DNA from: an uncultured Candidatus Peregrinibacteria bacterium
Lineage (GTDB): Bacteria; Patescibacteriota; Gracilibacteria; CAIRYL01
Reading direction: 5' to 3'
Length of the DNA: 55,069 bases
Assembly: GCA_903882825.1 (NCBI GenBank)
Contig: CAIRYL010000168.1
Span: forward strand, 1 to 55,069
Part shown: positions 19,632 through 29,248 of the stretch, piece by piece
How the letters are laid out: the number at the start of each line of letters is the position of its first letter
How positions within the stretch are numbered: position 1 is the first letter of the stretch
Notes under the pieces: generated by a model
Told to the model about the DNA's origin: nothing
Databases searched by the model: none
What the model saw: only the letters and a program-made list of their open reading frames with translations
Made by a program: the position numbers and the translations under genes

Positions 19632-19994
19632 TTATACCACTATTTCAAACCTATTTTCCTGAATATCCTGTACAATACATTCATAGTTTTTAAGGAGTAC
19701 TTCTTGAAATTCCTGGTTTTCTGGCGTCATATTTTTTCCAATTTTATCGGTTTTCTTTCTCAACAGGAGAGGGATAAAAAGCCCATCTGCCGTTTGAAGA
19801 AGCGTAATTAATCGTGCATGCCCTGTAGCCGTCGTAAAAGAAAGTTTCCGGAGGCGAGAAGAAACAATCCCCATGGATCCAAGAGAAACACCAAGTCCTT
19901 TTTGAACTTTTTGGAGTCCTTTTTCTAAATCGGCACGAGAAAAAGAACTTTTTTGAAGTTCTTTTTGAAGAAAAAATTGAGAAAGAAGAATCAT
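19632..19994 (-). CDS. Putative type II toxin (possible RelE/ParE-like fold)
   Basis: 120 aa, basic. Layout of N-terminal strand/helices, then RLRKL and ARLITLL strands, resembles the RelE family. Translationally coupled (ATGA) to the RHH gene. Confidence 0.55.
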   Translation of the reverse strand: MILLSQFFLQKELQKSSFSRADLEKGLQKVQKGLGVSLGSMGIVSSRLRKLSFTTATGHARLITLLQTADGLFIPLLLRKKTDKIGKNMTPENQEFQEVLLKNYECIVQDIQENRFEIVV

Positions 19995-20245
19995 ATTACT
20001 CCCTGTAAGCGTTCTTTTACTTTTTCAGAAGCAGTATTCCCCAAGGTATCCATCTTTTCTTGCATTTCAGAAGAGAGAACAATGTCTCCTTCATCCACAA
20101 TAAGAAGAGGATTTTCGAGTCGAGAAAAGTTCTGAAGAGCACTTTTAATAACAAAAGTAAGAGACACTCCCATTTTTTGTGCTTTCTGGTAGGCACTTTT
20201 CCACACTTCATCCTCTATCCGAATAGACCTCGCAACGGTATTCAT
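19991..20245 (-). CDS. Ribbon-helix-helix putative antitoxin (RelB/DinJ/CopG-like)
   Basis: RSIRIEDEVWKSAYQKAQKMGVSLTFVIKSAL is a typical RHH pattern; acidic C-terminus. Confidence 0.7.
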   Translation of the reverse strand: MNTVARSIRIEDEVWKSAYQKAQKMGVSLTFVIKSALQNFSRLENPLLIVDEGDIVLSSEMQEKMDTLGNTASEKVKERLQGVI

Positions 20246-20303
20246 AGCATAATAAAAAATTCATCTGTAATATATCATCGTTTGTAGTTTTTTTGCAATA
20301 CAC

Positions 20304-21230
20304 TTATTTCCCCTTGGAAACATATTCAAAAACCGAATTGGCTGCCACGGCTGCTTCCCCAATAGCAGTCGCAATTTGGTGAAAATGATTTGATTGATTG
20401 GTAACATCACCCGCCGCAAAAAGTCCTGGAACAATGGTACCTTGATCTTCTCCTACTATTAAAAAACCTTGTTTATCTTTTTCAAGCCCAAATTTTTCTA
20501 CCAGTGCGGTATTCGGACTGGACCCAATTTCTATAAAAACACCTTCAATATCTGTAATTTCTTGCCCATTGGTAAGAAGCACTTTTTCTAACTTTTTTTC
20601 TCCTTTAAATTCTTCCACCGAAACATTATAAACAATTTCAATATTTTGTTTTTTTGAAATTTGCTCCATCCAAAATGGTTCCGCACGCATGGCTTCTTTT
20701 CGGACAAAAATATACACTTTTGGACATATCCCCGAAAGATATAAAGCAGATGTGGCAGCGCTATCACCTCCACCCACCACCGCTGTCACCTTATCACGGA
20801 AGAAAAAACCATCACAAGTGGCACAGTAGGTTACCCCTTTCCCATCTAGTTTTTCTTCACCTTTGGCTCCTAATTTTTTAGTTTTTGTTCCTACCGCCAA
20901 AATAATAGTTTTGGTAGTAATGGTTTCTCCCGAAAAAGAAAGAGGAAGAGAAAAAGTTCCATCTTCATTTTTGATAATTTCGGTCACCTCGTCTGATCGC
21001 ATTTCGGCACCATATTTTTCGGCATGCGCTTTAAATTTTTGCATTAGTTCTGGACCTTTAATGCTTTCAAATCCTGGATAATTTTCTACATCATGTGCCA
21101 ATGCGCTTTGACCTCCTTCTTGATTTCCAATAACAAGAGTGTTGAGTCTATATCGAACGGCATACAGTGCAGAAGTATACCCTGCAGCGCCAGACCCAAT
21201 AATAACCGTGTCATATACGAGTGAATTCAT
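20304..21230 (-). CDS. trxB: Thioredoxin reductase
   Basis: IIGSGAAG, VENYPGF, GVTYCATCDG, VGGGDSA, AAGDV. Confidence 0.93.
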   Translation of the reverse strand: MNSLVYDTVIIGSGAAGYTSALYAVRYRLNTLVIGNQEGGQSALAHDVENYPGFESIKGPELMQKFKAHAEKYGAEMRSDEVTEIIKNEDGTFSLPLSFSGETITTKTIILAVGTKTKKLGAKGEEKLDGKGVTYCATCDGFFFRDKVTAVVGGGDSAATSALYLSGICPKVYIFVRKEAMRAEPFWMEQISKKQNIEIVYNVSVEEFKGEKKLEKVLLTNGQEITDIEGVFIEIGSSPNTALVEKFGLEKDKQGFLIVGEDQGTIVPGLFAAGDVTNQSNHFHQIATAIGEAAVAANSVFEYVSKGK

Positions 21231-21358
21231 AAGAATAAAAAAATGTGCTGTTATTTTCCTGTATTTTTTTAGTTTTTACTAGTATTTTTTGTTTTTTAAA
21301 ATATTCATAAACGTTGATATCAGTAATGAAAGTCTACAAAATCATTTTGCAAAAGATT

Positions 21359-21499
21359 TTACTGTCGTAAATAATCGTATCTCGTCTGCTCGAAATCATA
21401 AATAAGTGTAAATTTACACTTTAAACCTTTGATTTGAATCCCTTTTGCAAAAGGTTCCTCTTGTTTTGTTTCCGCGAAAATTTTTGAATCACTGGATAT
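21359..21499 (-). pseudogene. Truncated paralog of the 5' end of CDS 21667..22383 (ATA in place of ATG, 46 codons)
   Basis: ISSDSKIFAETKQEEPFAKGIQIKGLKCKF vs MSSDSKSFGDAKQDEPFEKELQLKDSKCNF: 17/30 identical by manual alignment. Confidence 0.65.
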
Positions 21500-21606
21500 G
21501 TTCGTTTTTAAAATTTACTTTTCGCTAGTATCGTACTTATTTTCTTCCGTTTTAAAAAGTTTTGATGTGATATTTCACAAGATGAATACTTGAAAATGGA
21601 AGAAAC

Positions 21607-21633
21607 AAAAGGGTGCGACTTTCAGTCGCGCCC
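21607..21633 (-). terminator. Rho-independent terminator
   Basis: Minus strand GGGCGCGAC-TGAAA-GTCGCACCC-TTTT, downstream of the stop at 21667. Confidence 0.8.
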
Positions 21634-21666
21634 AACACAGGTTATTTCAATAATCGTGAATGCACT

Positions 21667-22383
21667 TTACCGTTCCACACAGGTTACGCCGTGATATGTT
21701 GAGGTTATTTGTTCAATATAAACTCCGAACCAATTTTGTTTGCCTTTGAGTTGTAAAGACTCGCCTATTTCAAATTGAGGGCAATCAAATCGTCGCTTGG
21801 ATAAAGTGAGATAATATACTTTTCCATTTGATGGTGTTTTAAGGTCAAGGTCATTTGCTTTGTTTTTGGAGCCTCTCGTTTGAGCACCTATAATTTCCAT
21901 TTGATTCTGATAGGGGGTATTGGGGAGTGTGACAACCAATAATCCAAGTGTGCCCGCACTTGGCCATGCTGTAGCAAATATAAATATCACTATTCCCAGG
22001 CAAGCACCCAGCCAATGTTTCAAATCATAGTTAAGCGTTTCAATGACAGACTTTTTTTGTTGTGAGCTAGCAATAGCTAGGTAAAAAATAAAAGCGCCAC
22101 TCCAAATCAAGAACACTATCAACACACGTTTCATTAGGGCTGATTCATGCAAGTAGGGTATTGCGCCCCAAAAATGGTTCACAACAACAGAGAGAAACGA
22201 ACCAAAAAACAGTATTGCTAGCAATATGCCCCAACTGTATTGCAATATGGTTCTGGTTTTCGAATAAATATATTCAATACCTTTTGTTGGTTCAAAGTTA
22301 CACTTTGAATCTTTGAGTTGGAGTTCTTTTTCAAAGGGCTCATCTTGTTTGGCATCCCCGAAACTTTTTGAATCACTTGACAT
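21667..22383 (-). CDS. Hypothetical membrane protein (3-4 TM plus C-terminal OB-like beta domain), probably horizontally acquired
   Basis: 238-aa ORF; hydrophobic segments; fewer poly-A/T runs than neighbouring genes. Confidence 0.7.
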   Translation of the reverse strand: MSSDSKSFGDAKQDEPFEKELQLKDSKCNFEPTKGIEYIYSKTRTILQYSWGILLAILFFGSFLSVVVNHFWGAIPYLHESALMKRVLIVFLIWSGAFIFYLAIASSQQKKSVIETLNYDLKHWLGACLGIVIFIFATAWPSAGTLGLLVVTLPNTPYQNQMEIIGAQTRGSKNKANDLDLKTPSNGKVYYLTLSKRRFDCPQFEIGESLQLKGKQNWFGVYIEQITSTYHGVTCVER

Positions 22384-22428
22384 GTCTATTTGTAAAATCC
22401 CCCTTTGGGGGATACCCCCCGTGAGTGT

Positions 22429-24192
22429 CTATTCCGCCTCCAACACACAAATATTCTGTTCCCGTAGCTCTTTTTCGGGCATAGATGCTGGAGAACGCAA
22501 CATGAGATCTCGTGCATTTTGGTCTTTTGGAAAAGCGATGACTTCGCGAATAGTGTGCTCATCTGCCCAGAGCATTACGAGGCGGTCAATTCCGAGTGCA
22601 CAGCCTCCATGTGGAGGACATCCATATTGAAAAGCCTTAATAATATGCCCAAATTTTGCTTCTGTTTCAGTAGGCGTTAATCCCAGTACTGCAAACATTT
22701 TTTCTTGAAGTTTTGAATCGTGAATTCGAATAGATCCTCCCCCCAGTTCTACTCCATTCATCACGACGTCGTATGCGTATGCACGCACTTTCATCGGATC
22801 AGACTCTAATAAATGAATATCTTCATCATTGGGACGAGTAAATGGATGATGCGCTGCTTGGAGAGTCCCATCTTCTTTTTGTTCAAAAAGTGGAAAATCT
22901 ACCACCCATGCAAATGAAAATTCATTTGGATTTTTAAGTCCAAAACGTTTTCCAATATCAGATCGTACTGCGCCTAACGGTTCTACTGCTTTTAAAAATT
23001 CTCCTGCTCCAAAAAATATTATATCTCCTTCTTGTGCACCTGTTTTTTCTCGTACCACTTGTAAAAATTCTGGAGTTCCATTTTTTGCAACTGGTCCAGA
23101 ATCTTCTCCGGTTCGGAGCCATGCCAATCCACCTGCACCGTGTTGTTGTGCCAATCGCGTAAGGTCTTCAATATCTTTTCGGGAAAGCTCTCCATATTTT
23201 TTGGGAACGCGAAGAGCAAAGAGATGTTCGGCTTTTTCAAAAATTCCAAACCCTGAATTTTTTGCATCATGACTCAGATTTACAAACTCCATACCGAAGC
23301 GCAAATCGGGCTTATCAGATCCATATTTTTCCAAAGCTTCTTTCCATGTAATTCTTGGAAATCGTCCGTTTATCAGATATTTTTTCCATTCTTTTTGTGG
23401 TGCACACTTTTCGGTAAGTTGATGGAGCATGTCTTCAATTACCTCCATAACATCATTTTGTTCTCCAAAACTCATTTCTAAATCGAGTTGCGTAAATTCT
23501 GGCTGACGATCACCTCGTAAATCTTCGTCTCGAAAACACCGAGCAATTTGAAAATACTTATCAAGCCCTCCTACCATACACAATTGTTTGAGTTGTTGTG
23601 GACTTTGTGGCAGTACATAAAATTGCCCACGGTGCAGGCGAGATGGGACAAGATATTCTCGAGATCCCTCTGGAGTTCCTTTGACCATAATGGGTGTTTC
23701 AATTTCTAAAAAATCAGCATTGTGATAAAAATTTCGAATAAGGTGCACCATATCATTTCGAAGCTTCATATTCTTTTGCATTTTTACCCGTCGAAGATCT
23801 AAATATCGATATTCTAAACGAAGGTCTTCCCGAACATCAGTTTCGGAATCAATTTCAAAAGGAGGTGTTTTTGACTCATTAAAAATCTGGATATCTTCTG
23901 CAAAAACTTCTATTTTCCCCGTTTCTAAATTGAGATTTTCAAGTCCTTCTCCTCGAGGACGAACCGTTCCTGTTATTTGTAATACCCATTCACTCCGAAT
24001 ATGTTCTGCCTTTGCATGAGCTTTTGCATTCACTTCTGGATCAAATACAATTTGAGTTAACCCATATCGATCACGAAGATCGATAAAAATAATTCCTCCA
24101 TGATCTCGACGATGGTATACCCATCCAGAAAGAGTAACTTTTTCCCCGGAATGAGTGAATCGAAGGTCATTACAAGTATGCGTTCTTAACAT
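22429..24192 (-). CDS. aspS: Aspartate--tRNA ligase (likely non-discriminating, H in RRDHGG)
   Basis: MLRTHTC, RRDHGGIIFIDLRD, LPQSPQ, RCFRDEDLRGDRQPEFTQLD, PPHGG. Confidence 0.97.
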   Translation of the reverse strand: MLRTHTCNDLRFTHSGEKVTLSGWVYHRRDHGGIIFIDLRDRYGLTQIVFDPEVNAKAHAKAEHIRSEWVLQITGTVRPRGEGLENLNLETGKIEVFAEDIQIFNESKTPPFEIDSETDVREDLRLEYRYLDLRRVKMQKNMKLRNDMVHLIRNFYHNADFLEIETPIMVKGTPEGSREYLVPSRLHRGQFYVLPQSPQQLKQLCMVGGLDKYFQIARCFRDEDLRGDRQPEFTQLDLEMSFGEQNDVMEVIEDMLHQLTEKCAPQKEWKKYLINGRFPRITWKEALEKYGSDKPDLRFGMEFVNLSHDAKNSGFGIFEKAEHLFALRVPKKYGELSRKDIEDLTRLAQQHGAGGLAWLRTGEDSGPVAKNGTPEFLQVVREKTGAQEGDIIFFGAGEFLKAVEPLGAVRSDIGKRFGLKNPNEFSFAWVVDFPLFEQKEDGTLQAAHHPFTRPNDEDIHLLESDPMKVRAYAYDVVMNGVELGGGSIRIHDSKLQEKMFAVLGLTPTETEAKFGHIIKAFQYGCPPHGGCALGIDRLVMLWADEHTIREVIAFPKDQNARDLMLRSPASMPEKELREQNICVLEAE

Positions 24193-24326
24193 AAAAAAAG
24201 GAGAAAAAACGTTTTTGACAAATATTTTTCCGAAAGAGCCATTGAAAAAAATATTCTAAAAGTCGAAAAGAGTGTACCCGAAGGCGTTAAAATTGACAAA
24301 AAAAAGAAGAAAGAGATTGATATTTT

Positions 24327-24707
24327 TTAATTTTCAAAGGATACGGGATTTCTTTGGAATAGTTCTGTTTTTTTCCCAGATAAAAGCCAAGCTTGCATTC
24401 CTCCGGTAACACTTTTTACAGAAGAATATCCGGCGTTTATAAGCGCATTACAAACAACAGATGAACGATACCCACTCCAACACAAAAGAATAATGAGATC
24501 TTGCTTTTGAATTTCTTTATTTTTTAATGATTCTTCGCTTATTTCTGACATAGGAATGCATAATGCACCAGAAATAATACCGGTTTCTTCAATTTCAGAA
24601 GGTTCACGAATATCTATTAAAAAAAAAGATTCAGAATTTTGTAATTTTTGAAATACATCTTCTCCAGAAATTTCTGGAACTCCTGAAACAGGAAAACTAT
24701 GTCCCAT
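24327..24707 (-). CDS. Rhodanese-like domain protein
   Basis: IDIREPSE, CWSGYRS, GGMQAW. Confidence 0.9.
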   Translation of the reverse strand: MGHSFPVSGVPEISGEDVFQKLQNSESFFLIDIREPSEIEETGIISGALCIPMSEISEESLKNKEIQKQDLIILLCWSGYRSSVVCNALINAGYSSVKSVTGGMQAWLLSGKKTELFQRNPVSFEN

Positions 24708-24724
24708 ACAAAAAAAGAAAAAAA

Positions 24725-25999
24725 TTATAAACTAACCCACAGCCCTAAAGCCCCAAGAAAGAGAATAAGTATCGTAAAAACTCCCATTCTTTTTAAAAGT
24801 TCACGAGATCCAAAAACTCCTACGATTCCTACTTTTACAAGAGTATTGACCACTACCGCTGTAAAAATAACCACTAAAGGAAGACTTCCTTCGGTAATAT
24901 TATTTGCCATAGCAAGAGTAATGGCATCAATATCTGTTAAACCGGCAATTGCCCCCACCGCAATCAGTCCTGCATCTGAGAAAATAGCAGTAATTTTTTC
25001 GGATGCGATAAGAATTATTAAAAAGAATCCCCCGAAATATAAAGCAGATTTCATATGTAGAGGCTGGGAAATTTCTACATCATCTTCATCTTTTCGTGAT
25101 ATTATAGATGTTTTTTTTTGATGGAATAAAAAGAAAATCCCCACTGCAAAAGCAGTAATGCCCATAAATCCTAGTGCGAAAAAAAGCGGAATAAATTTTT
25201 CTTTCTGGGGTGCCACAATCAAAATTTCTAAAATGACTCTACAAAACATCATTCCAGAGGCAATAAGAATCGGAACTAAAAAAATAGTACTTTCTTTTTT
25301 TCCTTTTGATTCCTGTGCAAGTCCGGTAGTAACTGCAGTAGAAGAAACAAGACCTCCAATAATCCCAGATAGTAAAGATCCTTTTGATTTCCCAATAAAT
25401 TTTGAAAGAAAATATCCAATAAAACGAATCGCCGCAACAAACATCACCATGAGCCATACTTTCCGAGGTGCCCAATCAAAAAATCCAAATGGATCCACCC
25501 AAGATGCTGGCAAAATCTGAAGGATAATAAACGAAAAAATAAGAAATTGCAGAATAGAAAGAAGCTCATTTTTATTTATACGTTCTGCAATACCATGAAA
25601 CCCTTCTTCAAATGCTAAAATTCCTGTAAAAAAAACACTCACTGTTAATGCCATTACTAAAAGGTTTTGTTCCACAAAAACCCCTATAATAAAACTCGCA
25701 AAAAGAGAAAATACAGAAGTCATCCCATATCGTTCGGTTTTTAAAGCAAAAAGAGTATGAGAAATAAAGATAAGACCAAAAATACCAAAAGTAAAAATTG
25801 GTAAAAACCATCCCGAAAAATTTTCTGCCAGAAAAAAAGAGAGAAAGCCGAGGACTCCGAGCATCGCATGGGTTCTCATTCCTCCAATTACTTTTTCTTG
25901 TTCGTCTTTTTTTTGAATACGCATTTCACGTTCTAGACCAATAAGTCCTGCAAGTCCACCAGCCGAAACAAAAAGAGTAAGAAAATCTGAAAATATCAT
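24725..25999 (-). CDS. MgtC/SapB family membrane protein with DUF4010
   Basis: GLIGLERE, GGMRTH, GGLVSSTAVT, AGLTDIDAIT, NTLVKV. Confidence 0.9.
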   Translation of the reverse strand: MIFSDFLTLFVSAGGLAGLIGLEREMRIQKKDEQEKVIGGMRTHAMLGVLGFLSFFLAENFSGWFLPIFTFGIFGLIFISHTLFALKTERYGMTSVFSLFASFIIGVFVEQNLLVMALTVSVFFTGILAFEEGFHGIAERINKNELLSILQFLIFSFIILQILPASWVDPFGFFDWAPRKVWLMVMFVAAIRFIGYFLSKFIGKSKGSLLSGIIGGLVSSTAVTTGLAQESKGKKESTIFLVPILIASGMMFCRVILEILIVAPQKEKFIPLFFALGFMGITAFAVGIFFLFHQKKTSIISRKDEDDVEISQPLHMKSALYFGGFFLIILIASEKITAIFSDAGLIAVGAIAGLTDIDAITLAMANNITEGSLPLVVIFTAVVVNTLVKVGIVGVFGSRELLKRMGVFTILILFLGALGLWVSL

Positions 26000-26577
26000 A
26001 AAAAGAGATGTAATTTTCGTTGTTCTTCAAATGCGCGTATTTTTTCTTCAAACGACAATAAATAATCAAGATCAGATGCACCTTTTAAAAATCTATTTTT
26101 TGAAAACCCAGAAATTTCAAAATGATATTTTTCTCCAGTGGCGGTTTCTACCATTTGGTTTTCTAAATCAATAATGAGTTCTTCTAATTCATCTTCCGGA
26201 CTTAAAAGTTTTTGCACTATTTCCTCCGGCAAAAGAATAGGTAGAAGTCCGTTTTTTTCAGCATTTCCCTTAAAAATATCAGCAAATTCAGAAGAAATAA
26301 CCACTTCAATTCCTGCATCTTTTAGCGCCCATGGAGCATGTTCTCGACTGGATCCACATCCAAAATTAGCACCAGATACTACAATGCGAGATCCTGCAAA
26401 TTCAGGTTTATCCATTGGGAAATTTTTCCCTTCTCCTCGTAAATTTTTAAAAACTTGTTTCCCAAGCCCTTCTTTTGTAGTGGTTTTTAAAAACTCAGCA
26501 GGAATAATAATATCCGTATCAATATCTTTTAGAGGAATACGAATAACACGAGATGAAAAACGTGAAAAATGAGACAT
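25996..26577 (-). CDS. leuD: 3-isopropylmalate dehydratase small subunit
   Basis: DIDTDIIIPAEFL, NFGCGSSREHAPWAL, FADIFKGN..KNGLLP. Confidence 0.92.
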   Translation of the reverse strand: MSHFSRFSSRVIRIPLKDIDTDIIIPAEFLKTTTKEGLGKQVFKNLRGEGKNFPMDKPEFAGSRIVVSGANFGCGSSREHAPWALKDAGIEVVISSEFADIFKGNAEKNGLLPILLPEEIVQKLLSPEDELEELIIDLENQMVETATGEKYHFEISGFSKNRFLKGASDLDYLLSFEEKIRAFEEQRKLHLFL

Positions 26578-26644
26578 AAAAGAAGGAGAATGTAAAATAC
26601 CCATCTATTGTTTCAAAACAACGCACAAGACTCAAGTCTTCATT

Positions 26645-27754
26645 TTATTTGTGAATGATCTGCGCTATTTTTTCTTTTAATATTTCTATGCCTTCTCCTT
26701 TTTGTGCAGAACAAAAAATAGGATTTCGATTTTTATATTCTTTCAAAAGTGCTATTTTCCCAAAACGTTTTTTGGCAATATCGGTTTTATTAAATACCAA
26801 AATTTGAGATTTTTCGCTCAATCCTAAATTTTCTAAAATTTCGTCTACTACTTTTATTTTTTCTTTTTTTTGGGGATCGGAAACATCAACGACATGCAGA
26901 AGAATATCCGCATGAATACTTTCTGAGAGAGTAGATCGAAAAGCGGAAATAAGATGAGGGGGAAGGTCTGCAATAAAACCAATAGTATCAGAGACTAAAA
27001 TTTCAGAATGGACTTCCGGAAGATACATTTTTCCAATACGCGTATCAAGCGTTTCAAAAAGAGCATTTTTCACACTCACTCCTTTTTTAGAAAGGCGATT
27101 CATCATGCATGATTTTCCAGCATTGGTGTATCCCACTAACGAAAGCGTTAAAAAATTATCTCGTTTTCGTCTTTCTCGTTGCAAAGATTTGGTATTTTCA
27201 GACTTTTTTAATTTTTCAGTAATATCTTTTTCGGCTCTTTGAAGATGGCGCTTCATGATTTCAGTATTGGTTTCCCCAATTCCACGGGTACCAATTCCGC
27301 CTCCTTGTCGGGAAAGTTCATCTCCCATTCCAAAAATTCTGGGTCCCATGTGGCGAATTTTGGCGAGTTCAATTTGCAATTTTGCTTCTGAACTTTGTGC
27401 GTGAAGAGAAAATATTTTTAAAATGAGGTCTATTTTATCCCATACCTCTATTTTCTCAAGACGAAAAATCTCTGAAAGTTCATAAATCTGGCGAGGTTTC
27501 AGGGTATTTCCTAAAATTAAAATCTGTATATTTTGTAATTTTGCTTCTGTTAAAATTTCAGAAATAGTATTTTGGCTCAAAAATGTTTTCAGATTAATAT
27601 CCGCTCTTTTTGATATTTTCCCACATATTTCCACGGTTCCCAGTGTTTGAACTAGACTTGAAATTTCTTCCATTTGAATATTTCGATCGGAGATCGCCAT
27701 TTTTTTGTCGGGCGTTATATGTATAATAATGGCATTCTGAAGAGGAGATTTCAT
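26645..27754 (-). CDS. hflX: GTPase HflX
   Basis: EAKLQIELA, GIGTRGIGET, GYTNAGKS, LFETLD, DTIGFI, NKTD. Confidence 0.95.
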   Translation of the reverse strand: MKSPLQNAIIIHITPDKKMAISDRNIQMEEISSLVQTLGTVEICGKISKRADINLKTFLSQNTISEILTEAKLQNIQILILGNTLKPRQIYELSEIFRLEKIEVWDKIDLILKIFSLHAQSSEAKLQIELAKIRHMGPRIFGMGDELSRQGGGIGTRGIGETNTEIMKRHLQRAEKDITEKLKKSENTKSLQRERRKRDNFLTLSLVGYTNAGKSCMMNRLSKKGVSVKNALFETLDTRIGKMYLPEVHSEILVSDTIGFIADLPPHLISAFRSTLSESIHADILLHVVDVSDPQKKEKIKVVDEILENLGLSEKSQILVFNKTDIAKKRFGKIALLKEYKNRNPIFCSAQKGEGIEILKEKIAQIIHK

Positions 27755-28398
27755 AAAATATTGGGGAAAAACGGCTGAGAAAAAAAATATGCGAGGAGGT
27801 ATGCTTTATCAGTGAGATACCCAAGAAAATCATAAAACCAAGAAACTCCAAAAAATGCCTGCAATCCTAAAAGTCCAAAAAGAAATAACGGACCATACGT
27901 AGAAAATCTTTCAAAATATTGTTCAAATTTTCGAGGGATAAATGCAAAAAGTACCTTTTCTCCGTCTAAAGGTGAAAGAGGAATCAGATTAAAAACACAA
28001 AGCAGGAGGTTGATATGAATAAAAATTTTTAAAAATTCCTGAATCGGATTGGGCATCCACAATGCTCCCCAAAAAAAGAGTGCAATAGCCAGCAATGCTT
28101 GTAAAAAATTAGAAAGAGGACCCGCAAGAGCGGTAAGAGCTTCATCTCTTTTTGGATGTTCAAAATTGGAAATATTTATAGGAACCGGCTTTGCCCAGCC
28201 AAAACCTGCAAAAAGTAAAAAAATAGTTCCCAGTGGATCTAAATGCGCCAGAGGATTTAAAGAAAGCCTTCCTTGAATTTTTGCGGTTGGGTCACCGAGT
28301 ACATATGCCATTCCTGCATGAGACGCTTCATGCACAGAAATAGCAATAAGAAAAGAGGGGAAAAGATACCAAAAAACAGAAAGATCTTGAAAGAACAT
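27751..28398 (-). CDS. Site-2 protease (M50) family zinc metalloprotease
   Basis: HEASH, GDPT...GRLSLNPL.H.DP.G, ALAGP, FNLIPLSPLDG. Confidence 0.92.
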   Translation of the reverse strand: MFFQDLSVFWYLFPSFLIAISVHEASHAGMAYVLGDPTAKIQGRLSLNPLAHLDPLGTIFLLFAGFGWAKPVPINISNFEHPKRDEALTALAGPLSNFLQALLAIALFFWGALWMPNPIQEFLKIFIHINLLLCVFNLIPLSPLDGEKVLFAFIPRKFEQYFERFSTYGPLFLFGLLGLQAFFGVSWFYDFLGYLTDKAYLLAYFFSQPFFPNIL

Positions 28399-28523
28399 TG
28401 ACGAGAAAAAAGAGAATGCGGTAGAGTGATTTTTGCATTTTTGCAAAAAACAATCGAGGGTTTCTTTCTGAAGTAAAAATATTTTAAAAGATACCTTTTT
28501 CTCCTTTTTTTTATTTTAGAAAT

Positions 28524-28760
28524 ATGGCAAAAGTTTGTGATCTCTCTGGGAAAAGACCAACCGTTGGAAATAACGTTTCGCACTCTGTACGACGTACCAA
28601 GCGAAGATTCTTGCCAAATTTACAATGGAAAAAAATATGGGATACTGCTACAAAACAGTGGATTTCTCTTCGTATTGCCACTAGTACCTTACGTACACTT
28701 TTTAAAGAACCTTCCAACCACGAACAAAAGAAAATTGAACGAAAAGCAGAGAAAAAATAA
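28524..28760 (+). CDS. rpmB: 50S ribosomal protein L28
   Basis: MAKVCDLSGK...GNNVSHS..RTKRRFLPNLQ. Confidence 0.96.
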   Translation: MAKVCDLSGKRPTVGNNVSHSVRRTKRRFLPNLQWKKIWDTATKQWISLRIATSTLRTLFKEPSNHEQKKIERKAEKK

Positions 28761-28790
28761 GAGTTCATTTCTGGTGGAGACTGTTTTTAT

Positions 28791-28822
28791 AAAACACAAA
28801 CGATGATTGTTTGGTGTTTTTT
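28791..28822 (+). terminator. Possible weak terminator after rpmB
   Basis: AAAACACAAAC...GTTTGGTGTTTTTT imperfect hairpin plus T run. Confidence 0.4.
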
Positions 28823-29045
28823 TGTGTATATCACTGAATGGAAATCTGAAAAAGAGTGGTTCTGAATTGAGATACCAAGAATTTTAGAGAACGAATACCA
28901 TTTTTAGAAAATGAATATTTGGAATTCTTCATTTTTGTAAAGCCTCCTCAAAAGAGCGTAATACTCAATTTTTAATGATACCGCTAAAAAGGAAGCGCTG
29001 TTCTCACTTCTTATAACATTCAAAAATAATAATAATTTAAAAAAC

Positions 29046-29122
29046 TGGTCGGGGTGAAAGGACTCGAACCTTCGACCTCATGGTCCCAAACCACGCACTC
29101 TAGCCAACTGAGCTACACACCG
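29046..29122 (-). tRNA. tRNA-Pro (TGG)
   Basis: CGGTGTG...; anticodon arm CGTGG-TTTGGGA-CCATG; GTTCGAGTC; CCA. Confidence 0.94.
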
Positions 29123-29248
29123 AATTGTTCTCTTCAAGGTTCATGCTACTCAAATTTTCTATACATATCAAGAGTTTACACATAAAAAATTGTATTTTTT
29201 TTGTTTTTTTAGTACAATTGCACGAAAAAGTTTTATTTATTGCCAATT

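Noticed and set aside
19455..19811. 118-aa plus-strand ORF
   Set aside because: It runs through two terminators and antisense to the toxin-like gene; likely spurious, like the many other short antisense ORFs in the track.
21607..21666. Integron attC site after the foreign membrane gene
   Set aside because: The hairpin plus T-run fits a terminator; there are no properly spaced R/L boxes and no integrase.
28830..29040. ncRNA or leader peptide (GAGGAGG then MKNSKIFIF on the minus strand) between rpmB and tRNA-Pro
   Set aside because: No convincing structure, a 9-codon ORF is expected by chance, and SD motifs are not evident at other genes here.
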